Position numbers and translations under genes: made by a program. A stretch of 16,808 bases of DNA from Octopus sinensis. Lineage: Eukaryota. Shown here in pieces: positions 9,336 through 16,808 of the stretch; the first letter of the stretch is position 1; every line of letters starts with the position of its first letter. The notes under the pieces were generated by a model. It made no database searches. It was given only the letters and a program-made list of their open reading frames with translations, and was not told the origin of the DNA. The stretch lies in contig NW_021825002.1 in the NCBI RefSeq assembly GCF_006345805.1, forward strand, positions 1-16,808, given 5' to 3'.

Positions 9336-9483
9336 TTGAGTTTTTATGTGCAAGCATCAGAATGTAACACACTGCACAATTAATTGGACTTATGTACATT
9401 TAATACCAACAATTTAAACTTGTTCCACGTTACTTAAAGTTTCACGGGCGAAGAACACATCTTCGTCAGATATTCCAACTTAC

Positions 9484-9499
9484 CTCTCTCTCTCTCTCG

Positions 9500-9591
<92 letters not shown>

Positions 9592-9596
9592 GTCTG

Positions 9597-9670
<74 letters not shown>

Positions 9671-9815
9671 CATCTAAATATCTATCTATCTATTTCCCTA
9701 TATATATATACATATACATATGTGTATGTGTGGTGTGTGTGTGTGTGTGTGTGTCTGTGTGTGTGTGTCTGTGTGTGTGTGTGTGTGTGTGCGTGCGTGT
9801 ATGTGTGTATACATA
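9484..9815. repeat. (CT)n-(CTAT)n-(TA)n-(TG)n compound microsatellite
   Basis: Directly visible; long CTAT array at about 9514-9692. Confidence 0.97.
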
Positions 9816-10196
9816 CATTTAAAAATTCGGTGTATGTTTCATTCCATTACTTGATAAATGAAAAAATGTCTAAATAGACGAATTAAAGTAGGCTGAACGT
9901 GAAAACGAACAGGAAACGAATTGATGAAGTTGATGACCGATGCTCGATAACTGATGGAGAATTACGGACTATAGTTAAGCCCCAGGTTCAGCGATAATAT
10001 GGATGAGGAGTCCAAAACAGCTCATATATCAGCATGTGTATATATAAAAAATTTTATTAATGAGATTAAAATCCAAGGCTGTGAAAGATTTCAGAACATT
10101 CATAAACCTTTGAAATCTTTCACAGCCTTGGATTTTTATCTCATTCTGTTATTTTTTTATATATGCATACATATCTCTCTCTAGATTATAATCTTG

Positions 10197-10430
10197 AGAT
10201 ATATATATATATATATATATATCTCACACACACACACACACACACACCTATACATACCAACACGTACTAATACATACTAATACATACTAATACATACACC
10301 AACCCCATACATACGCACGTCCAGACCAATCTTACGCACTAATACTCTCTCATACACACACACACCCTTATACATACTAATACATACACCAACCCTATAC
10401 ATACACACATCCAGACCCCCTCCCACGCAC
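10197..10430. repeat. Microsatellite plus minisatellite: 10-bp TACATACTAA units and a 47-bp direct repeat at 90-bp offset
   Basis: 10281-10327 vs 10371-10417 differ at 3 positions. Confidence 0.9.
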
Positions 10431-10439
10431 TTTTAGCTG

Positions 10440-10735
10440 GTCCCTCACCCATTTATCAACCCTATTATCTCCCCTTATTCGCTCTCGCGTCTCATGTTTG
10501 ATCTTTGACCTCTGGCCGAAATCAGATCGCCATGTTGATTCGTTAGCTACTGCACGCATTTTTTTTCTCTCCTTCTTTCTTGTTTTTTTCTCTCTGTGTA
10601 TCTTTCTGTTGAAGAGCGTAGGCTCGAAACGTTAAAGACTTGTTTTTTTTATATTTCCTGAGCGCCATACTAATACAATTGTTCGTTTGTTTTCCACCTG
10701 CCTCGTCTTTTGTTTATTTCATAAGCTTCCCGTTA
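10440..10735 (+). mobile_element. Probable Penelope-like terminal repeat (pLTR-derived, non-autonomous) carrying a minimal hammerhead
   Basis: Contains the hammerhead-like motif at 10601-10638, ends directly in (TA)n, and resembles an abundant Octopus repeat recalled from memory (CTGTTGAAGAGCGTAGGCTCGAAACGT..GAGCG..CTAATACA). Minimal type I hammerheads are an established feature of Penelope-like element terminal repeats. Confidence 0.5.
10601..10638 (+). ncRNA. Minimal type I (dimer-type) hammerhead ribozyme motif, A6U core variant
   Basis: TCTTT-CTGTTGA-A-GAGC(GTAG)GCTC-GAAAC-GTT-AAAGA: perfect 5-bp stem I, perfect 4-bp stem II, and palindrome AACGTT in place of stem III. Confidence 0.6.
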
Positions 10736-10741
10736 TATATA

Positions 10742-10772
<31 letters not shown>

Positions 10773-10861
10773 ATTAATCTAGAGAGAGAGAGAAAGAGAG
10801 AAAGATATAATCTAGAGAGAGAGAGAGAAGAGAGAGAGAGAAGAGAGAGAAGATATAATCT

Positions 10862-10903
<42 letters not shown>

Positions 10904-10915
10904 GAGAAATAATAT
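10736..10915. repeat. (TA)n then (AG)n array punctuated by (GATA)TAATCTAGA anchors
   Basis: TAATCTAGAGA recurs at about 10775, 10808 and 10856 within (AG)n. Confidence 0.9.
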
Positions 10916-10972
10916 ATAACAGAAACAGAGAACAATACTAAGCAATGCTAAAAGGATATTTCAAAGATAATT

Positions 10973-11101
10973 CAAAATATCACTACCTGCGTTTCATTAG
11001 CGTGATTTATTCGGATAGAAGTCACGTCTATAACATATTAAGTAACATTACGTAAATTCGCATTGTTAGGTAGCCATACCATTTCATCAGATGATATTCC
11101 G
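10973..11101 (-). ncRNA. Type I hammerhead ribozyme candidate with a long stem II insertion
   Basis: Minus strand: CGGAATATCAT-CTGATGA(11090-11084)-AATGG..78 nt..CTAAT-GAAAC(10995-10991)-GCAG-GTA(10986-10984)-GTGATATTTTG. Stem I is 11 bp (8 Watson-Crick, 3 G-U) and the catalytic core matches the consensus. Confidence 0.55.
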
Positions 11102-11644
11102 CCAAGTATTCTTCTGAATATAAATAACCCTATTCGTTTATATAATCTTATTCATGGCATATTATTTCATTTGCTTTATTAGTGAATTGATGCACTGAAA
11201 ATAAGTGTGGAAGAGACATTAAATTAAACACACACACACATATACAAACACACATCTGTTAAAGTTACGTCAAAATAAGTTATGTTTCATAAATTGTAGA
11301 AATTCCCATTGCGCATCTAAGAACAAGTCATTGATAAACTTCTATTGCAACTTCTTAGAACTATGAAGATAACTAATTTTTATAGATCTCGGGTTTAAAT
11401 TATTTTACTTTATTTGGATGTAGAAATGCGTGTCTAGTATTCGCATAGATTCAGTGTGTTCGAATTTATGGCATAAAAAAAATCGAAACAATAACGCGGA
11501 AAACCGTCTGGATGTGTGACCTGGTAAATATTGACTATAAGGCTGCTGCAGTGGACGAAAAAATTAGAGTAGTGCGACGAATAAAATTTCACGCCTCACG
11601 AAGTAAATTTAAATTTAAAGAAAATTACACGTATTTCTAATATT

Positions 11645-11850
11645 AAATGCTTATATATATATATAGATATATATATATATATGATTATTTGTATGTATGT
11701 ATGTATATATGTATATATATATCAGTTATATCGTGGACATATATGTACACATACACATACAAACATATATTATTTATTATATTATATATATACGTCTGTG
11801 TGTGTGTGTTTGTGTATCTATGTATATATGCATATAAACAGTCTATACAT
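11645..11850. repeat. (TA)n/(TATG)n/(TG)n low-complexity region
   Basis: Directly visible. Confidence 0.9.
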
Positions 11851-12224
11851 ACATGCAGCTGATGTTGGAAATCTGCTTCTGTCCTGATGGAAAATAAATA
11901 TAAGTAACACTGAGAACGGTTCGAAAATTTCAGTTGGAGGAACAGTGCAGAGGAATGATTAGCAAATTGGTTAATTTAGAACATCGCTGGAGAAGGCAAA
12001 TAAATTGCGCCGATTAGGTTGTGTGGCCCCCGATATAGAGGCATAATGAAGCTGATTTGGAAGAAAAGCTCCTAATTTATTCGAATATCGTCCTGTTATT
12101 ATTCTTGTTGATTTAGAAGAGGGTTCCTTAAATACCTTCTGCTCAAGGCAATCATCAATTACTGCATATCGGAGACCATAATTTTCAATATCCAACTTGT
12201 GTCGAAAAACTGAAGATCAAAACC

Positions 12225-12508
12225 TCAGAAACGACGTATGAGTGTTCAGTTTTTACTGAACGACCGACACAAATGATTGGTTTATAGTGAGTAAGTGTAT
12301 GTGCTGTACATTGGATCACTCTTTCCATCAAATCGATGTTGCTTGAACAGGTGCACATCTACCAGGCGTCAGGTGTCGAAGTGATCGCAGAGCAACGCGT
12401 AATGAAGCCGTTTGCTCAAGAACAGAACACACCACTGGTCCCATAACTGAAGCCATTATCCATCGTTCGTGAGTGCTTACATACTAACGAGTAAGCCGCG
12501 CGCATTCA
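12225..12508 (-). mobile_element. tRNA-derived SINE, octopod family C (diverged)
   Basis: Minus strand starts GCGCGCGGCTTACTCGTTAG (degenerate A-box), then TGTTCTTGAGCAAACGGCTTCATTACGCGTTGCTCTGCGATCAC (similar to the CCTTGRGCAAG block of CORE/V-type SINEs) and a tail ..CTGAACACTCATACGTCG. Matches a recalled Octopus SINE. Confidence 0.65.
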
Positions 12509-12970
12509 ATATATATATATGTGTGTGTGTTGTGTGTGTGTGTGTGTGTATTATATTTAGATACGTGTATATATATACATATATACTTTGTTTTTAAAGC
12601 TGCAAAAACATCACAATATATATATATATGTGTTTGTGTTCGTGTGTGTGTCTGTGTTCGAGCGTGTGTGCGTGTGTACGCATGTATGCATGCATATGTA
12701 TGCGTAAACATACGTGAATTATATAACATACCTCTATAGATATGAGTATATATAGTAGCATATATATAAATGCAGACATATACAACTCTATATGTACATG
12801 TGTGTTTGTGTTTGTGTGCGTGCGTGCGTGCGTGTATGTGTATGTATATGTGTATGTATATGTGTATGTATATGCGTATGTATATATCTATACACATTTA
12901 TATACAAACACGCATTTACATATATATATGTATCGAACATACATTCATACATACACACATATACATATAA
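12509..12970. repeat. (TA)n/(TG)n/(TGTATG..)n compound microsatellite
   Basis: Directly visible, including a 12-bp GTGTATGTATAT-type tandem at about 12833-12880. Confidence 0.92.
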
Positions 12971-13289
12971 ACATTAATCCATTGATCAATCCGTCCGCCC
13001 ATTCATACATATATACTCACATAACGTTCAATCTAAAGACGAAGATTATATATTCGCATAAGGAATATATCCCGGAGCTCTGTTTCTCAGTAAGAAGAGT
13101 GACAAAACCTTTTGCAATGAAGAATATCCTCATTTTCAATAATTACGATTGCTATCGCCTGAGAGTGCGGAAGGAATAACGAGTTTATGGTCTTACTTCA
13201 AAGTCGTCGCCTTTTTTTTTCTTCCCCTGAGCAGATCACAATATTTCCTTACCATAAATATTTAAACGAACGATATGAATATAAATGCA

Positions 13290-13345
13290 TATTTGTATAC
13301 ATATATATATATATATTATATAGTTATATATATATGTGTCAGTGT

Positions 13346-13390
<45 letters not shown>

Positions 13391-13622
13391 TGTTCGTACG
13401 TATACACAACAGAGATGGACACATACATTCGAACCTACGTATGCAGTTGCTTTGACACCAAGTAAATAATGGTCACATATAATAGTAAGTTGATGATGTA
13501 AGTTATTATTTATTAATTCATTACACATTTATAGCTCCTTGACTTTCCGTTTTGCCAGCCGCATCTGTGTGTGGCTTAACATACATACTAGATACATATA
13601 TAGATAATAGATACATACATAC

Positions 13623-13663
<41 letters not shown>

Positions 13664-13665
13664 TA

Positions 13666-13698
<33 letters not shown>

Positions 13699-13870
13699 GA
13701 CATAAAATATATGCATACAATAGATATATATATATATAAACTTACACACACATATTATGTTTGTGTGTGTATAAACCAAAACAAATATATTTGTAGATGT
13801 GTGTGCGTGTCTGTGTATGTGTGTCTGCGTGCGTGCCCGTTGTGTGCTTTGCCTGTGTTGTGCTATGTGT
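13290..13870. repeat. (TA)n and (TG)n low-complexity tracts with a short unique interruption (about 13420-13580)
   Basis: Directly visible. Confidence 0.88.
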
Positions 13871-14220
13871 CTGTGTTTTCCGTTGAAATGCAAATCGACT
13901 TAGTTGTCGTTGTAAGCAATTATTACAAAAATTGGTTTAATCATCATTTCGGAGAGAACGAGAGGAAAATTAACAACAGCAATAAGCAATTAGGTGAACT
14001 CAATTAAATTACAACAATAAAATAATATAATAATTATATAATAAAATAATTATATACACCTTAATAGGATTTATATTGATTCAATATAATTATATATTTA
14101 TATCTATGTATATATACTAACGCATTCGCCGCACACGTACGTGTTGTCTCTCACTCGCTGCTAATCTTCCTTGCTTCTTCTTTCAGACAAACGCCAACAC
14201 GTTCTCATAATTTTTATATT

Positions 14221-14513
14221 CTTTTAGTCTTTTAGTCTTTTGCTTGTTTCAGTTATTAGACTGCGGCCATGCTGGAGAACCGCTTTTTAGTCGAACAAAT
14301 CGACCCCAGGACTTAGTCTTTGTTAGCCTACCGCTTATTCTATCGGTTTCTTTTGCCGAAGCGCTAGGTTACGGCGGCGTAAACACAACACAACACCGCT
14401 TGTCAAGTGATGTTGTGGGGACAAAACATATACAAATGCAATAATACATACTTATATAATGCACACACCAGATATACAACATATATATTTTTTTTATATA
14501 TGTATATATATAT

Positions 14514-14566
<53 letters not shown>

Positions 14567-14680
14567 ATAATAGTAACACGACGGGCTTCTTTCAGTTCCC
14601 AATGTGTCATGCAGTGGGACTGAACGAAGAACCATGTGGTCGGGAAGCAAGCCTCTTACAATACAGCCACTTCTGCGCCT
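14221..14680 (-). mobile_element. Near full-length tRNA-derived SINE, octopod family B, with internal (TA)n expansion
   Basis: Minus strand 5' head AGGCGCAGAAGTGGCTGTATTGTAAG (A-box-like), GTTCAGTCCC (B-box-like), AACTGAAAGAAGCCCGTCG, internal (TA)n at about 14480-14570, 3' body CAGCATGGCCGCAGTC..CTGAAACAAGC and a tandem (AAAAGACT)n tail. Confidence 0.85.
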
Positions 14681-14825
14681 ATCTGTACAAATCAACGAGC
14701 AGTCCTATATGTGGCTGCTAGATATGCTAAGTATAACAGCCTCACATGACATTCTTATCTCTGGATTCTTTTCTTGTCATATTTCTTTTGAAATATATTT
14801 TGTTTTTACTTCGAATAATTCTTCA

Positions 14826-15235
14826 AATAATGAAGAATTTAATAAAATGATAACGTCTCTATTTAATCTTTGCACGTTCAGGCAGATTAGAAAATGGATA
14901 TCTAATCGCTTGATTTCCAATCGGTGATGTTTGTTCATAACATCCGTGGGTTGCTGCTGTTTCGACCTCCTTGTGTGTCTTATCAGTTGAACGCCTCAAG
15001 AGAGGAGTCGTTCTCCGGAGTTGAAAAACAACAACGAATCGATATTCACGTTCGAATCTGTCAGGACGTATTAAGAATGAATCGATACGTCATTGACTGG
15101 ATCCTCGCTATTTGCACCCCACAAATTATTACCTCTTTGGTAGTCATCTGAATGGATCAGTAAATAATTTATAAATTCCTATAAATTAGAACAAGTACTT
15201 TTGGTGGATTCATTGCTCCAGTTGGGATAACTGGT
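14826..15235 (+). pseudogene. Decayed mariner (Tc1/mariner DD34D) transposase fragment, copy A
   Basis: Colinear degenerate motifs: NEEFNKMIT (cf. NEPFLxRIVTGDE), VMFVHNIRGLLLF-DLL (cf. VMLCVWWDxxGxIHFELL), QL(E)RLK at 14984-15000, HVRICQD (cf. PHVARxTQ), A-PTNYYLF at 15114-15138 (cf. YSPDLAPSDYHLF). Frameshifts present; no TIR found. Confidence 0.65.
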
Positions 15236-15344
15236 AACTTTAACAGACAAGGTAAAAATTAATATTGAAATTCTGCGATGTATCAAAGTCCCGTTTGTAT
15301 TATAAACAAATATTGGCTATATATTATAAACAAACATCGGTTAA

Positions 15345-15580
15345 ACGGAAGAAGGCGTCTTCCGGTGGTGAAAAGCAACAACGATCAGATATTCGGCTTT
15401 GATTCTACCACATCGTAAAATACTGAGAATGAATAGATGCGTTATTATTTCGCTATTCTGTGTGCGCCACCTGGATTATTATTTATTTGGCCGTCATCTG
15501 AACGTATCAGCAAATATACTTTCTAATTCCTAAAAACCAGAGCTTGTGCTCTTTTGGAGTTTATTGGTTCGGCCGTCGGG
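15345..15580 (+). pseudogene. Decayed mariner transposase fragment, copy B (duplicate of the C-terminal part of copy A)
   Basis: YS at 15454-15459 and AP..DYYLF at 15464-15488. Nucleotide blocks align with copy A at about 347-350 bp offset (CAACAACGA 15029 vs 15376; GTCATCTGAA 15143 vs 15493). Confidence 0.6.
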
Positions 15581-15777
15581 TAGCTTCGACGACTAAAGAG
15601 ACACACAACGAGACTGAAATATGGCGGTATATAGAAGTATCCGTCCAATAGACACATACTCTCACAAGAATCATAGGTGAGGCAAATTTCAGCAAATACA
15701 TCAGCCGGTTTCTCAACAGAGAAAACAGAGACTAAGGGAAATATCCAACAATCTCGCTCTTAATCTAACCTTGGTGT

Positions 15778-15888
15778 TTTGAACTCAGAACGTAACGGTA
15801 AACGAAATACCGCAGTGCGTAACAGGTACTTATTTAGAAAAGCAAAATCGACCTCGGCGGAATTTAAACTCAGAACCTTGCAGCACAG
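15778..15888 (-). mobile_element. Two rearranged internal fragments of SINE family A
   Basis: TTGAACTCAGAACGTAACGGTAAACGAAATACC (15779-15811), then AGTGCGTAACAGGTACTTATTT, then AAAGCAAAATCGACCTCGGCGGAATTTAAACTCAGAAC. Confidence 0.8.
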
Positions 15889-16129
15889 GAAATACCTATT
15901 TCTTTACTACCTACAAGGGGCTCAACATAGAGTGGACAAACAAGGACAGATAAAACAGATTAAGTCGATTACATCGACCCCAGTGCGTAACTAGAAATAA
16001 TTTATCGACCCCGAAAGGATGAAAGGCAAAGTCGACCTCGGCGGAATTTGAACTCAGAACGTAGCGGCAGACGAAATACGGCTACGCATTTCGTCCGGCG
16101 TGCTAACGTTTCTGCCGACTCACCCCCTT
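15889..16129 (-). mobile_element. SINE family A, long-tail subtype, well-preserved copy
   Basis: Complete head and core (GGATGAAAGGCAAAGTCGAC at 16017-16036) plus a distinct tail GAAATACCTATTTCTTTACTACC..GGACAAACAAGGACAG. Confidence 0.9.
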
Positions 16130-16149
16130 AATAATAATAATCCTTTCTA

Positions 16150-16274
16150 TTGGACGCACAGGACCTCCAATTTGGGGAAGAGGGATGAAGTCGATTATAT
16201 CGAGCCCAGTGAGCAACTGGTATTTATTTAATCGACCCCGAAAGAGAGAAAGGCAAAGTCGACTTCGCCGCCTT
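16150..16274 (-). mobile_element. SINE family A copy with the tRNA head internally deleted
   Basis: GTCGACTTCG is joined directly to CCGCCTT at 16258-16274, so the B-box segment is missing. Confidence 0.85.
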
Positions 16275-16304
16275 AATCATAACAATAATAATATTCTTTT
16301 CTAG

Positions 16305-16508
16305 TATAGGCACAAAGCCTGCATTTTGTGAGGAGGTGGACAGTCGATCACATCGACTTGAGTACTCCAATAGTACTTAATTTTTCGGTCTCGAAGGATG
16401 AAAGGTAAAGTCGACCTCGGCGGCATTTGAACTCAGAACGTAGCTGCAGACGACATACCGCTAAGTAATTCGCCCGACGTGCTAACGATTCTGCCAGCTC
16501 GCCGCCTT
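16305..16508 (-). mobile_element. SINE family A copy
   Basis: AGTCGATCACATCGAC, GGATGAAAGGTAAAGTCGAC at 16396-16415, TTTGAACTCAGAACG, ends GCTCGCCGCCTT. Confidence 0.88.
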
Positions 16509-16610
16509 AATGACAATATTAATGATAATAATATCAATATTAATTATAATAACATTTCCTAACAAACTAGTAATAATAATAACAATAATAATAATAATGT
16601 AATTATGAAA
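16509..16610. repeat. Degenerate (AAT)n tract
   Basis: Directly visible; shorter (AAT)n tracts also separate the SINE copies at 16130-16140 and 16275-16292. Confidence 0.85.
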
Positions 16611-16808
16611 AAATCCAACCAATGTAATGCAATATCAATAAGATAAACAATAAATGAAGCAACGCTGTTAATATTGTTTAAACGAAAAAGAAAAAAGAGA
16701 ACGAAAAACGAAACGCTATAAATAAATGCTCCCCCCCCCACAAATATAGATTCAAAACAAATATATAAAATTAATAAAACATAGGAATAACAATATATAG
16801 AATATTAT

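Noticed and set aside
9950-10030. CTGATGG..AGTCC-AAAAC-AGCT resembling a hammerhead
   Set aside because: Two core segments are mutated (no CUGANGA, no GAAA); too degenerate to support.
11971-12195. 74-aa minus-strand ORF with non-repetitive composition
   Set aside because: It has a TTG start and no recognisable domain; an ORF of this length is expected by chance. An exon cannot be excluded without RNA data.
12210-12240. CTGAAGA..GAAAC-GAC-GTA hammerhead-like order
   Set aside because: Stems I and II do not form; the sequence is explained by the SINE tail and the fold-back insertion.
14955-14990. Minus-strand CTGATAA-GAC..GTC-GAAAC
   Set aside because: G8 is missing, there is no UH triplet in register, and it lies inside the mariner remnant.

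Overview
AT-rich eukaryotic non-coding DNA, most likely an intron or intergenic region of an octopod cephalopod (Octopus-like); this is inferred from the SINE families I recognise from memory and from the extreme microsatellite load. No intact protein-coding gene is supported, and nearly all listed ORFs are microsatellite artefacts. The window holds two head-to-tail clusters of one tRNA-derived SINE family (1-966 and 15778-16508), several other tRNA-head SINEs, a decayed CR1/L2-type LINE ORF2 remnant (about 2251-3115, +) and a decayed mariner transposase remnant with an internally duplicated segment (about 14826-15580, +). The most interesting signal is a set of hammerhead-ribozyme-like motifs. 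The best two are a minimal dimer-type core at 10601-10638 (+) in a probable Penelope-like terminal repeat, and a consensus-core type I hammerhead with an 11-bp stem I and a 78-nt stem II loop at 10973-11101 (-). One SINE copy (225-291, -) also reads as a near-complete hammerhead. All family names are recalled, not database-verified.
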